From NCBI GenBank assembly GCA_012026655.1, contig JAAILG010000001.1, forward strand, positions 124,001 through 188,000: 64,000 nt of DNA, read 5' to 3'. Position 1 is the stretch's first letter; every line of letters starts with the position of its first letter. The DNA is from Hydrolagus affinis (Eukaryota). Shown in pieces: positions 12,578 through 26,094 of this stretch. A program made the position numbers and the translations under genes. Below the pieces are notes generated by a model. It searched no databases and had not been told where the DNA came from. It saw nothing but the letters and a program-made list of their open reading frames with translations.

Positions 12578-15500
12578 GACGTGGCACTCTGAGAGGCCAC
12601 CCTGCATGGAAGGTACTATATAAGGGCAAGTTGTTTTCAACATCTGTTTGAACATATCTTGTTCTCGATTTACCTCCTAAGCTAACATACTAACGACCAC
12701 CATTATACTTCAAAAAGTAAATACTCTGAAAAAGGTACTCGCATGAAACTGGGCAAAACTTCTCAGGAAGCTGTTTCAAATTCATCTGCACTGAGACGCA
12801 CAGGTAATTACTTGGGAAAAAAAGTGGTTTGTGGATATGTGTTGTGTTGTGCACGTGAAAGCAACATGGATTGCAACTGTGTCATTCAAACATACACCCG
12901 ATGAAACTGACTGTGATCACCAGCAACTGAAGCAATACGAGGTTTGTGGCAAAACTATGATCAGTATCAAAAATGTCAAAAATCATCAACTGATCTTATG
13001 GAGTGGCCAATGATTTTTGACATGTACACATTAAATAGTGAACCTAGATAACATTTTTATACATCAATATTTCAGTAGTAAATCTTTTTTCATGGAAATT
13101 TCAGTTTGCCTTCCTCTGAACTCTGATTTTCAATGTTATGGGTATGCTATGGCAAGTGCAGTGAAAGACTGCAACATCAAAATCTCATATTTATATAATG
13201 CATTTAACATTACAAAAAAAAATCTTGAAATAGTTGACAAACACTCTGAATTGTTCAAGCATTGGAAGATAGTAAATATAAAAGGGCCTGTCTATGTGTT
13301 CCCCTGTAAAATTCGGCCACTACACCTTAAAGTGAATTTGAAGAGCTTTGAGATGTCCTCCTGAATTGAAATGTAAATTGTTATAATCTAATAAATATAA
13401 TTTACATATCTTCTCCAGTACATAGAATAGTGGATTTTGATAACTTTTTATAAATAAATATCATCTATATCATATATGTGCACAATCATTAGAATTGCTT
13501 ACTATATCAAGCCAATTTAAGTGTTTTTCCTGATCTTTAAATTGTGTGGTGGGGGTCATGTGGGTGGGTGGGTGGGAGGTGACAAATACATGTTTGACTG
13601 GCCTTTCATTTCTGAAACAAGCTCAGTCTGAGGCAATTAAAGTTTCTTTTTTCTTTTTTAATATAGCTGCGAGAGACCCAGGTGAAATATAGTTGGCAGA
13701 ACAAAACTTAATTCCTAGTGGGAGTGAGTCAAACAGCACAAATCTATCCATAATTCATCAATAATTGACACCAAATTGGCATTCTTGCTCGGAGAGACCA
13801 TACGGATGGTTGGCAAAGGCAATGGAAATGTTGCATCGGTACTGTAGTAGGTGTTGTTCGGAGCATGGGGACTTATTTCTATGAGCTGTACTCTACATCT
13901 AACCCATAGCATATCTGATAATAATAGAGAGCTGGAAAATAATTCAAGTATAGTCCATTGCTGAAAGTTAACATCTTTCACCTTGATGAGCTGAAACTTC
14001 ACAAAACCACTCATTAGAAAAATAATTACATAAGTATTGTAGCACATTTAAAAAAAACATAGCATTGCATATTATTAATGAAACAAAATTATTGATAATA
14101 TTTTCTGCTGGCCTGAAGCTATTTTAACTATGGACCCAAGGAGACCATAGGACCACACTACAAACAATAGTCTATTGACCTTATTAGGTCAGCACGCACC
14201 TTAGAGGGTAACGAGGAAGTAAGATATCTTGATCTGAATCTTAGATAATCATAATTAGACATTCTACGTCCTTCAAAGTCCTGGAATATTTAACTTCATG
14301 AAAATGTATTTGAAGAATATTGAGTTAAAACGTGTAGTGTTTCTTAACCCTGTTCTTGTGATAGGTTAAGAAAGGCAACAATCTTTACCCAATTGCAAAT
14401 TATTTTCATATTTGAATGTTTTGGGAGAAGCCGGATATAATTCTGAAAATCAAGGATTCATTCTTGGAGCATTAGGTTTGATCAAACAAGTAACAGAGAA
14501 TTTGTTTTCTAATACATGTTGGAGCAGTCACATGTAATGATAGCGCCATGGAGGTTAAGTGAGAGGAAAATAAATGATCTTAATGGATCTGCATTGGGCC
14601 ATTCAAACAGAAATTCAGATCCGAATTGAACTTTCTGTTTGAAACTCTCCGCTGGTGTATTTGATTTTATGGTGTAGTTGTGTCCTTCATGCTTTATTAA
14701 ATTAAAACATTAGTAGAAGTCATTCCACAAACACAGAGCCAATGAAGGGCTCATTTCAGCTGTTGTAGCGACAGGAGTTCTGAAGCATGAAAAAGCACAT
14801 GAATTCAGTAACATGATGACATCAACTTGTTGGGGAAAGTTCCTAGAATGCAGGAGCAACAGGCTGTAGTATCGTTGGTTTGGATCAGTGTCAGCCCTGT
14901 TGTTATTTAGTACCCAATTCCAATCCTGACAGAGTAGCTCCACCGGCACATCTGTGTCTGCATTAAGAATATGTCAACTAGTGGCAGAGGGTGCACAACT
15001 AAATGGAAATCAGCCACCTTAATGAGATGCACCAAGAAACCTGCTTTACTCTGCCATCCCAAGCCCCTGATGGCTGGTTGCTATTTGTTACTTGCAAGAA
15101 AACAGTGTGGGTATAAATTTTAAAATCGGTTAAAAAGTCAGGAACCAGTGATTTCAGTATGTGGACAGGGTTGAACTTCTGTAACACTGTTTGGTTGACT
15201 ACATCACAGGGGTTGAAAACAAAATCATGTCAAAACAGATTGCCAGTGGGTTGTCTTGAGAAGCATCCAGGATTTGCTATTCACTAATTGTTTTTGGAAA
15301 TCTCGCATTTTAGACCGGTATGTATGTCCTCTGCAGGCTGCTACAGGGAGCAGAACACACAATCAAAGCTGTGCAAAGGTCTGTAAGAAGGCTGCTTCTT
15401 CTGTTTACTGCTCAAGAATAACAAGGGCAGTGGGAAATCAGCACAGATGGATGAAAGTAATAAAAATTGTAACATAAGAACGTAAGGTAGGAATAAGAAA

Positions 15501-17429
15501 AGAATATTAATTTCTTGAGTTCTCCATGCCATTTAGATCCATTTACTGGACCTCTTCTTACCATTTTTATCCGTGCCTTGGCACCAAGCCCATATCCTTT
15601 TCACACATGCTGAATTTATACAGCCCTTTCAATATAATTACATCTAAAATGCTGTGCCATCTTGAAAACATATCATGCAGAAATACAGGGGAAGAATTTG
15701 AGAACTGCCAATGTGCCACAGATTCGGTAATGAATGGTTGTGTTGCTAAATGCTTTCAAAGATGCACTCTGGATCTGTAGCTGCTCGAACACATCACCAC
15801 CAAATCATAAAAAATTACAGAGACCGATGTATGCCATAAAGTCACAACCTGAACTAGAGCATTACACGTTTCCCTCTCCCAAGAGTTGCTCACATGGTTC
15901 CAAAAGCCTCTTTAATTTTTATTTGTTACCTCTTTTAATTGTATTTGTTCATTGCCTTCTCTCTGTTTGTTGTGGCCCATTCCTGACTTATTTTTGCAAT
16001 ACGTTTCTGTCCCTTTAAATACACACACTGCCATGAAAAATATTGTAATAAATAGTTATCTTTGAATATTTTCATAGATCCAATCACTGCATCTGACGAC
16101 GCCACTTTACACACTGGAAAAGCACAAAGGCTACGATTTTGTAGTTGAATCTGATTATGCATCAAAAAAGAGGGGATCTGCATCAAAAACAAATCTTGGA
16201 AAAGCAGGAAAATCTGTCTAGTGTCTGGAGAATTTAAACAGCCAGAACTGTACTGGCTTTCAATAAAATTGCAACAGAGGTAAATGGTACACTTAAGGTC
16301 AAGTACAGTGAATTCAAACAAGTCCTTGCTGAAATTACTAGGCAATTTCTTTGACATTAAAAAATAACATTGCTGTTCCCATCACCTTTAATCAGGTAAT
16401 ATAATTTAAAATGAAGCCAATCCCTTTTCATTGTTCATAATTCAGAAATCAGAACCATAAACAAATTAATTGGTGTATCGGGGTTTTGACTGGGTCTTTT
16501 GGCCAGCTCCAGCATTAACACCAGCAGTGGGGACCCTCTAGATTTTTAGTGCCTGAGGGTAGAAAGCAATTATAAAAACATGACTCTCCCAGATCAGCTT
16601 TCAACTTCACCATGTCTCTGTTTTATTGATGGAAGACTGAGGGAAGATTCAAATCAACCATCTTTAAATTCTTTCCAGCAGCAAAGTGCCAAACTCATTA
16701 GCTTTTCCTCTGTAAATTATGGCACCTCCATCTTTTATTCAATATTTGCCTGTTTTTGTCCTTATGACTATATAATTGACTACTTAATGCATAATTTATT
16801 ACTCACAATTATAGATGTTTTTAAGTGTAACTAAGGGTGACATTTTAGCTTTGAAAAACCTAAAATTCTATAAAAACAAATTTATAATTGTGTATACTTT
16901 TGACTCTCTTACATTATAAAAATCTACACTCCCTCATACTTTTCCACACTAACTCTTTATACTGTATTATACTCTTATACTCGTGTCATATACTGGTTTT
17001 ATGATTAATTAGATTAATCTGTGTCTGTGCACAAAAAGTATCTCTTGTGCTATGCATTATATTTTGATTTTAGCTACACTCATTTATCAAATTACGGTAG
17101 TGTATTTATTTTAATGGGAGATAGAACTTCCTGAACTCTGAATATGACAGCTAAATGTTTTATGGCTACTTCTGTGTACATAGTGACAATTTCCCCATTC
17201 ATCCCACTATTTTGAGTAATCCCAACATAGGTTGCTGTCACAGCTGCCCTGTTTTCACTCGGTCACAATGGGAAGCCCTGATTAATGCTAATTTGACTAA
17301 GGATAGATTATGCATCAAGATATACATGAACATTATGACACATTGCTCTATATTATACTGCTAGCAATCATATCAACAGGCAACATAAAAAGACTGTAAG
17401 ATAGGTCTTCTGGGGTTGCTATCGGACTG

Positions 17430-17670
17430 CAGAACTCATTCCAAGAGGAATTGGAAAATTGTGATTTTACACAAAATAACCACAGCAGTATGACTTACAA
17501 TTAGGATCTCATTTGTGGTATTCCTCAATAAGGAAGGCCTGGACAATGAACTCATTTAAGAAACATTTTGATGCTGCAAATGAAAAGTGGTAAGTTGAGT
17601 ATCCAGAAAGGATGGTTTCAGGTGGGCCGAAAGGCTTTCTTCATCTAAACTTCTCCTGCTACAATTCCTG
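17430..17670 (+). mobile_element. Degraded CR1 3' end
   Basis: aactcatttaagaaacattttgat (NSFKKHFD, the CR1 C-terminal FK..LD motif) followed by ggtgggccgaaaggctttct, the CR1 3' UTR motif. Confidence 0.55.
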
Positions 17671-18469
17671 CTGCATGCACATTAGATTGCCTCGGAGTGA
17701 AGCTCTCACCTCTCAGCATTTTGCCCTGCTGGTTACGATTTGCATGTCTCGCAAACTTATTAAGGAATCCCATCAAAAATACCGTAAATTACACCCCGTT
17801 GTAAACTTTTTCCTGGGTCCAATCTCAGTCACAATAACTTGGAAATAAAAATGGCATACGCAAAGAACGTTACAGAACTGGCTCCCTGTGAGAAATGTTT
17901 ATGTTGTTGAGTGTATCAGAAAACATTCCAAATCCCATAGCTCCTTCACTTCCAAGCCACAAGATCCCATTGCTCTGCAGCAACCATAAGCTTTGTTCAA
18001 ATCTGTTCACAATAAGTCTTGATAAAAATAGGCTTGGAACACAAGCTTGGTTTTCGGTTTACAAAAATTAACAAACGTAAAAAAGCAATTAAAGAGCACC
18101 CTGAATGGTAGTGATAATGGGCTCCACAAAACATTGCTGACTTTTTACTGAAAGCATATTACCAATAAGTTCCAGGTCGAGGGCCCCAAAGATTAACTTT
18201 TGTGCTGGACTTTGACAGCCTCAGGCTGTAATGCTTCATTTACTCATCCAGGACTGCAAGAGCATTTGTTGGCTCAAAGAAACAGCAGTATTATACTGTA
18301 AAATAAATAGCACCTGTGCACAAGTCATAACCTATTTTATGGTTACTGTTTAATAACCGTGCCATTAATCTATTCACTGTACATTTCTGAAATATCCTGC
18401 AAAATATTTTGAAAGAAAATGAGTCAGTAAGCACACCAACACTTACAAGAAATACCTCAAGGGATTTGG

Positions 18470-18655
18470 CAGTACAGGAGACTGGAACACTGACTTTTCA
18501 CCTCTGGGTCTGAATCTTGTCCAGACGTCTAGATGTAAGTCTCCCTTCTCTGCCAGCAATAAAGGCCTTAGCTGAAGAGCGTTTGGACAGTTTCAAATAA
18601 TTTTCTAGAGTGCGGAAGTCCTCAGCATAAAATTGACAACAATTTCACACTTATT
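18470..18655 (+). mobile_element. LF-SINE-like ancient SINE relic
   Basis: Ordered blocks ctttt-cacctctgggt, aatcttgtccag, aagtctccc..tctg, ggcctta..tgaa, ttctagagtg..gtcctcagcataaaa, acaatttcacact follow the 5' half of LF-SINE as recalled. Not aligned by program. Confidence 0.5.
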
Positions 18656-21600
18656 GTTACTAACTGGGGAATTTTACTGATGCCTCTGTTGGCCAGTGTG
18701 AATGAGGTGTGTTGAATGTTTTTGTCTTACTCTCAATGGCCAAGTAGCACTTGCTGAAGAATGTTGACTCTGCCTTTTCTCTTAAACTTGGAGCATTGAC
18801 AAGCATGAGCAGGCATGTTGCCAGGTCAAGGGCTGTGTACATTTGAGGCGGGGGTACTCCAGAATAGACAACAGTATATATACACAGCGCAGGAATACTC
18901 ACAATTGGACTATTATGCACCATGTGTATGCCCTGTGTAAACACGTGTGTACTGAGAGAAATACAGATGCCTTTAATCATGTAATTAACAACCAAAGAAG
19001 AGAATTGGTTGTCAATTCGATAATAAATGCAGTACATCCTTTTCATCACTTGATAATTACATCTACTAGGAACACTGGAGGAGAGTTCCTTCAAGACATG
19101 TGTCCAGTAACTGGCTGCAGGATTCCAAATACCGTAACAGTCTATGAATCCTTTGTGAGTCAGGTTGTCAGGCAGGGGTTTTAGATCGCAGTGTTACAGA
19201 TCTCAAAAGCAGATTTTATGTTAGTTCTTCTGCCCTACAAAAAACAAACTCTGAGAAAGGAAGTGTTCATCAATTCTGTAGATATAACATTTTGGCAGAT
19301 GTTAAATGATGGAAAACGTATGTATACTATAAAATTACAAAGTATATCAAGAACTAGAATGTTAATCAGTGACAAGTACTTCGGAGAGTGTATCAGCTCT
19401 TGACATTAGCATATCATCGACATCAGTTTGTTGTATAAATCTTTTCTTTGTTGCTATGTATAATTACCAGTCAGTTTTGTTGCACGAAGAGTTCTTGCAG
19501 GACCTCTGCGAACAGAAGCATCCAAAAGAGTGAGCAATAAAAGGTTCACTGATGACTTCTCACATACTGGTAAATTCTAAACAAATCCGTTATTTAATTT
19601 TTAATAAAGTTATTAATGCTAACTCCATATGCGACATTGAAAGCAGTTCAGGCTTCACTGCTCCTACCTGGTGTACCAGATTCTATAACAAATGCTTCTC
19701 ACTGTGAAACAAGGTTTCCTTGCCAAATCACCTTGCTGTTCATTCACATTTTGATAAACAGCACTGACAAGAGTGACTAATAATCCAGGCTACAAAGCCT
19801 TTAGTGTCTAGAAGCAAGCTGTAATTTTTGGAGTTTTGGAAAATCATTATAAAAGCTGGTTATTGGCTTCTAGATAATGATGTTGGTGATTTCTGCCCCT
19901 CTAAATCTTATATTTGGCAAGTAGTGCAGACCTCGGTTCAATATACATTAAATTAATATTGTTATATATCTTATCAATTGACTAGTACCGTCTGTGGGAT
20001 TGTAAACCGTTAGTTCAAACAGTTTCTACCTCGACTGAATCAAACCTTTTTTTTAAAACAAACACACTGAAACTGTCCCACAAAATTCTTCCAAAGCACT
20101 CACTTTGCTCAGAAGACTTATATATACTAAATGGTTGATTCTACTTGCAGGCTGACAAAGAATGTGTTTGCCTACAAAGTGCTTTTAAATGAAGTGATAC
20201 ATGATTCATGCAATCCACTTTCAACTAAACAGTGATTTCAACTGAACAGCAATATGTCCAGACCGATCCTATGTGCCTATTTGTTTTACGTTGGTTACGT
20301 CTGTTGGACAAATGCACCCACACAGTCAACACAGCAAATAATTAATGGAAGAAATGATTCAGACATGACTTGCTATCAGCCATTATAGAAAGATTATCAC
20401 AGTGACCCATACAAACAGTGGATAGTTGTAATAGCTAATGTTTTATATTAAAAAAACATCATATATCTTTCACGAACATACTGGCCTGATTAAAATCTTA
20501 ACTACAACATTTAGATGATGCTAATAGATGGCTAGTGTTAACAAAACAAATTACAGGCTTCATAAAATCAGTCTACATTCTGATTGCTTGCTGCCAGATT
20601 GTCTTTAATGACATCAAGTGCAGAGATTTAGAACAGCATCAGAAGGAGTCTTGAGTTTGCATTTATAGATGCCCTTGGGCCAATGTCCGGCACACTACAA
20701 GGGGTTGCTAAATTTGTAGGCTTTAACCCTTTGAGATCTGCTCTGTACTCCAACATTTTCTCAGTGATTAAATATTTTTATTAATAAACCATTATTAGGC
20801 ATCTACTGTTTCCCCTCCTTACCCACACCCCACCACCCCCCACCCTTCCCACATTTTTTTTGCCAATAATTACGAATGAAACTACAGCCAGCTTTTAGCA
20901 CAGAATACATTAGTAAGCAATGAAAGTCTATATTAACTGCTGTCTTGCATTCTACTGTAAGCAGTAATTCAAATTTATTGCTCTGAAAAAAAATACTAGT
21001 CACCTAGCACTACACTATATGAGAAGATAAACCATTCTCCCAGGCCAATTGCATCATTCGCCATCATTACATCCCAGTTTCCTCACATAAAAATCAGGGT
21101 AAGGGAATGCTTTACTTGATTGAAGAACATCTGCCAATTACTACATCTAGGGATATTTCAAAACATTAAGAAAATCGTTGTGTCATCAAAACACGATGGG
21201 GGTTGTTCTGCTTCAATTGCTTAGCGCAGTGATTCTTTTGATGCACGCTTGTAACGGAAAATCCCATTATAGTCACTCATCGCAAAAGAAACTATACTAA
21301 GTGAACGGGGAAAAAATACTCCCTCAACGAGTACTATTTACCAATCTTTACACCCTTTAAAAGGGGAGAAAATTACCTTCTTTTAAAGGGGTGAAAATTA
21401 AATCGAAGCATTTTCAGCCACAAACTATGCAGTCAATTCACTTTACAGTATAATCTGTGAAGCGCTTTGCACATAGCATCACCAAATTTACTACATTTAG
21501 TGTTAAGAGGAATTGTTTTGCTCCTATACATCACAGGGCAATCAAAAGTAAATAAGTGGGCACTATGACAATGGTATATTGTGCACAAGGAAGGAAAGCA

Positions 21601-21984
21601 ATAGGTTCCTTTTGTTTCACCTTTCATTTCACCTGCAAGGGAACATGAATTTCTGATCAAATGGATCTTCTTTAGACACTTGGCTGATGGATGCTATTGG
21701 ATGATGGCAAAATTAAGCCATGAAAAAATGAGATCTTGACCTCTTCCTATTCTGGATATACTCTGGTTCTTTCTAATCCTCAAGGTTCAGCCAATTGTAC
21801 ACAGAAGCTTTCATTTTTCTGAAAGAGCTGTGTGGTTTCTAGTTCCTGAGCTATTGTCTGAGGTTATCTTTTAAGTAGGTGTGGATCAACGCCATTGCCT
21901 GAATTGAGAAAGGAGAACAAGCCATAAAAATTATCCAATCTGATAAAATATTGCATATTGCTCAATAGATGCAGCGTCCTAGCC

Positions 21985-22170
21985 AACAATCGCCCATTTA
22001 AAATTGGTCATTCACTTTATGACTGTTTGTGGAACATTTCCATGTGCAAATTAGCTGTCGTGTACGACAACCAAAAAACACAGTCACTACACGTTTATAG
22101 TAAAATCCTGTTAAAAGCTTTGATATAGAGTGAAATGCACTATATCAATTATAAAGATTATTATTATTAA
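21985..22170 (+). mobile_element. Degraded SINE 3' half
   Basis: aaattggtcattcactttatgactgtttgtggaacat...gcactatatcaattataaagattattattatt. Confidence 0.8.
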
Positions 22171-22194
22171 TAATAGCTAGATTATTTCTTATTT

Positions 22195-22533
22195 ATAGCA
22201 CGTGATTGACTTATCCAATGCCCTATTCACCATCCTTCCCAGATCAACCTTGTGCAAGCTACAGAACATCTCAAACGCTATATTATTTTAACTATCAGAC
22301 TCTGAGAGTCTACCATCCCACCATACCCACCATATTGGCCATTGGATTCCTGTTCCTCTGACTCTACTTTCACATTCCTTCTATAATCTAGCTCTCTGAT
22401 TGTGTCTTTGGTGATCTCCTTCTTACCTACCCCTTTCTCCCATCCTATTCAGGCTGCCACTCTATCACTATGAAGCACTTTGAAACATTTAACTCCATGA
22501 AAAGTATTGTATAAATGCAAAATTGTTGTTGTT
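22195..22533 (+). mobile_element. Degraded L2 3' fragment
   Basis: tccaatgcccta..cttcccagatcaaccttgtgcaagctacagaacatc (NAL..LP.STL.KLQ.I), cattggattcctgtt (HWIPV), and tail gaagcactttgaaac...ataaatgcaaaattgttgttgttg. Confidence 0.7.
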
Positions 22534-23423
22534 GATTTTTTTTTTTTGCACTGAGGTCAAAGACAGAGTGAATATCAGATGAAATTAGATTGACTGTATT
22601 AACTCTTTTTAATCAACTAGTGAATAAAATAACTTCACAAGCTAACAAAATATATTGCAAATTCTGACAGCCACTGAGCTCCACATTAAAGCCCGACCTT
22701 TTGAAGTTTGATATCCTGAAACCACAACTTAAAGAGAGAGATGCATCATCTAGCCTTCCTTTAAAATTAGTTTAAAATAATTATGATTAAGATTAGCATT
22801 CTCTTTTGTATTCTGCTTCTTGTTTTGATTAATTAGTGCTCCTAATACCACTGAAAGAACTGTATGGAAACAGTTTCTGAGTGCAACAGTGAGCGGAATT
22901 AATATCAGCAGATATATTCATTAATGCAGGGCCTTCAGACGTCTTGTCATTTCAGCTATGTATGTTAATTTAACTCCTTTAAACCATCAGTCTCAATAAG
23001 TCTTCTTAGCCAATTTTACAATGAGATGATTTTATTAAATTCTATTGCCAAAATTATGGGGGTCCCCTCTTTTCCAATGAACTGTTACTGTGGATGAGTG
23101 ATGGATTAAACAGATACAGTGAAAGCTTGACTGCACTTCGACTAAAAAAGTACCCTACAGAACATTTTGTTTGAATCTGCAGACATATTCTTATGAATAA
23201 GAAACCTTTCTGAAAATAATTTCGATATAAATACTGTATCTATAGTACTGTACTATAAAGACACCATAATAAACATGTTTGTATTTATATGTTATTGGAG
23301 GGTACATTTATGAATCTCCAATTCAGAAAACTCCACTTTCACTGCTTGAAATAATGATCATGGGAGTTGGTGCAGTTTCCATTTTTTGTGTGCAGGTGGC
23401 CATTTAAAAAAAGGCTTCACATG

Positions 23424-23444
23424 TATTAATTAATTAATTAATTA

Positions 23445-23474
<30 letters not shown>
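23424..23474. repeat. Compound tetranucleotide microsatellite (ATTA)n-(ATTG)n
   Basis: attaattaattaattaattaattgattgattgattgattgattgattgat, read directly. Confidence 0.95.
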
Positions 23475-23475
<1 letters not shown>

Positions 23476-23612
23476 TGTTTATTCTGAGTAAATTTAACAT
23501 GTTATTAAACAGGAATGTGAAAGTAGAGTCAGAGGAACAGAAATCCAATGGCAAATATGTTGGGGGTGGTGGGGTGATTGACTCTCAGAGTCAATATGTG
23601 AGGTAGGTCGAG

Positions 23613-24774
23613 TCCTACCTCACAAACCGCCAGCAGTACATCTCCACAAACGGCTTTTCCTCCCGCTCTCATGGAAGGAAATCCATCCTTGGCCCCCTCC
23701 TCTTCCTCATCTACACGCTCCCTCTTGGGGATGTCATCCGCAGACATGGGGCATACTTCCACATGTATGCTGATGACATCCAACTCTACTTTTCCACTTC
23801 ACTTTGCGACCCCCAGTCCCCTGATGTTCTGTCAGTCTGCCTGTCAGACATCAGGAGCTGGATGAGCGCGAACTTCCTGCAGCTGAATGTCGACAAGACG
23901 GAAGCCATACACTTTGGCTCTCGTCAATGTCTCCACTCGCACTGCTCTCACCTTCTCCACCTTCCCGGCCTGCCCCTAAAACTCTCCAAACCTGTGCACA
24001 ACCTTGGTGTGACGTCCTCCCGACGTGAAAGGCGCTCTATAAATATAATTTGTTGTTGTTGTTGTTGTTGGTGTCAGGTTCGACCCCCAACTGTCTTTCC
24101 TCCCCCACATCCAGTCCCTCACCAGCACCGTCTTCTACCACCTCCGATGGATCGCCCGTCTCCGGCAATATCTCACCCCAAAAGCCGCTGAAACCTTGGT
24201 CCATGCCTGTGTCACCTCTCAGCTGGACTATTGCAATGCCCTCCTCGCCGGTCTCCCCATCACCATAATCCACAAAATCCAGCTAATTCAAAACGCTGCC
24301 GCCCACATTCTCACCCACACCAAGCTTCACTCTCCGATTACCCCAGTCCTTGCCAGACTTCCTGTCCCCTAGAGGATCGACCTCAAGATCCTAACCCTTG
24401 TTGTCAAGTCTCTCCACTCCTCTGCAGGCCCCTACCTCTCTGATCTCCTCTCTCCCCAAACCAGCACCTGCTGCCTTCGCTCTACCGGTCTGGCCTCCTC
24501 CATGTCCCCCGAATCCTCCGCTCCACCCTCGGTGGCCATGCCTTCAGCCACTACGCCCCAAGGCTCTGGAACTCCCTTCCTCACTCCCTTCACCTCATCC
24601 CTTCTCTTCCCAGTTTGAGGTCACAGCTAAAGACCTTTCTCTTCAACCGCGCCTTTGGTCACCTTTGGTCACCTTTCTACCCCTGCCCCTGGCTCAGTCC
24701 TGGGATACTGTGAAGCGCTCTGAGATGCCATCCGGTGTGGAGGGCGCTATATAAATCAAAGTTGTTGCTGTTGT
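23613..24774 (+). mobile_element. L2 LINE, 5'-truncated, RT through 3' tail, frameshifted
   Basis: SYLTNRQQY, ILGP.LFLIY, MYADDIQLY, DIRSWMSANFLQLNVDKTEAIHFGS, VHNLGV, TSQLDYCNALLAGLP, IQLIQNAAAHIL. Tail gcgctatataaatcaaagttgttgctgttg. Confidence 0.95.
24011..24067 (+). mobile_element. 57-bp L2 tail nested in L2, with 7-bp TSD
   Basis: gacgtcctcccgacgtgaaaggcgctctataaatataattt(gtt)n is flanked by ttggtgt at 24004-24010 and 24068-24074. Removing it restores NLGV-RFDPQL. Confidence 0.9.
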
Positions 24775-25699
24775 TAATAAGATGGAGGTTTGACCAATGA
24801 CGTAAACTTGGGTTAGCTGATAGAACTCTTGGCTTGGAGTTAGTTAGCGGACGGTTCCTGCTCCACATTTAGGCTTAGTGTCTAGTTTGACACACCAACT
24901 CAATGCTGGAATAGTACCATATTGTTGCAGCTGCTGTCCTTTGGATGAGAAGTTAAAGTATAATGGTGGCCGATGATAAATTCTCTGGGAATGATAAACG
25001 TGGGATTTCCCTCAGGTATAAGGAAGATTATTCCCCCCAAATAACACAATTTAGTGAACTCTCAGGCAAAAGAAAAGATCCAGTGTGATTCCTAGAGATA
25101 AACTAATACATGGAAACTCCCAAAGTAACAACAGTAGCAAATGGAGAAATTGTACATATTTTTCCCGACCATTGAAGCTTTGGTGGAATATCATTCTGAC
25201 ATATAACTAATTTGAAGTAAATAAGTCACAGAGTTTGGAATTGACACCATAAAACATAAATTTTGTGAAATAATATTTTACTTGTTTCTAAAAAATAGCG
25301 CATTGTAATTCAAGAACCTTAATGTAACTGGACTATGATGCAAGCCCAATTTGTCTCTGTATGTAATATTCAGCAGAGATACCAAAACTTCAAATGAAAG
25401 TCTTGAAGTTTGGAGTGCTATGAGGTCTCGGCTGGTAAATTAACACAAACTCATTAATTGCTAATTCAAATAAACTTTATTTGCCTCAAGTTTTTAAATT
25501 GGTGAACTCATCGACCAAAAAATAATCCATTTACCATGCTATCAGTGCCTGGGTGGTTAGTTCAATTTCTCCTCTGAAATAGTTAGCCTATTTACTTAGA
25601 TACAGATACGAGGCATCTATTTTTATATGAAGCCACTGCACTAAATGAATATAAGTTATTATTATATATTGTAGATGACATGGGATTATTCTAATAATA

Positions 25700-26070
25700 A
25701 TGACAGAAAGTTGTAGATTCAAACCCTATTTTGGTACAAGCTCATTCTTTCAGTTAACACTCCAATTTAGTGCTCGAGGGACAATGTAGTGGGATGGCCT
25801 ACCAACGTGAAAGGTGCTCTATAAATGTAATTTTGTTGTTGTTGTTGTTCTCTCCTAAGGCTGATACATTAAACCAAGATGCTGTCTGCCTTTTCAGGCT
25901 GACGTTAAGTATCCTACAATACTATTTAGGAGTTTCCCTCGTGTCCACACCAACAAATCCCCACAATGACAATATTGGTCGCTCACTTCAAAGTTGTTTG
26001 TGGGACATTGTTGTGTGTAAATTGGCTGCTGAGTTTGCCCACAAATATTATGTGTTCGACAAACAGTTAC
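25700..26070 (+). mobile_element. Old Deu-type SINE interrupted by a short L2 tail (~25790-25849)
   Basis: cagaaagttgtagattcaaa head, then cgtgaaaggtgctctataaatgtaatttt(gtt)n, then attaaaccaag..tgtctgcc and tgtttgtgggacattgttgtgtgtaaattggctgc. Confidence 0.75.
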
Positions 26071-26094
26071 AACACTCAGACTCATGTGGAGTAT

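Noticed and set aside
19176-19193. HCDLKP kinase catalytic-loop motif on the minus strand
   Set aside because: It is immediately preceded by a stop codon and is not followed by xN or DFG. Coincidental.
24037-24868. Cluster of overlapping 63-118 aa ORFs
   Set aside because: These are alternative-frame and antisense translations of the C-rich L2 copy and its GTT microsatellite.
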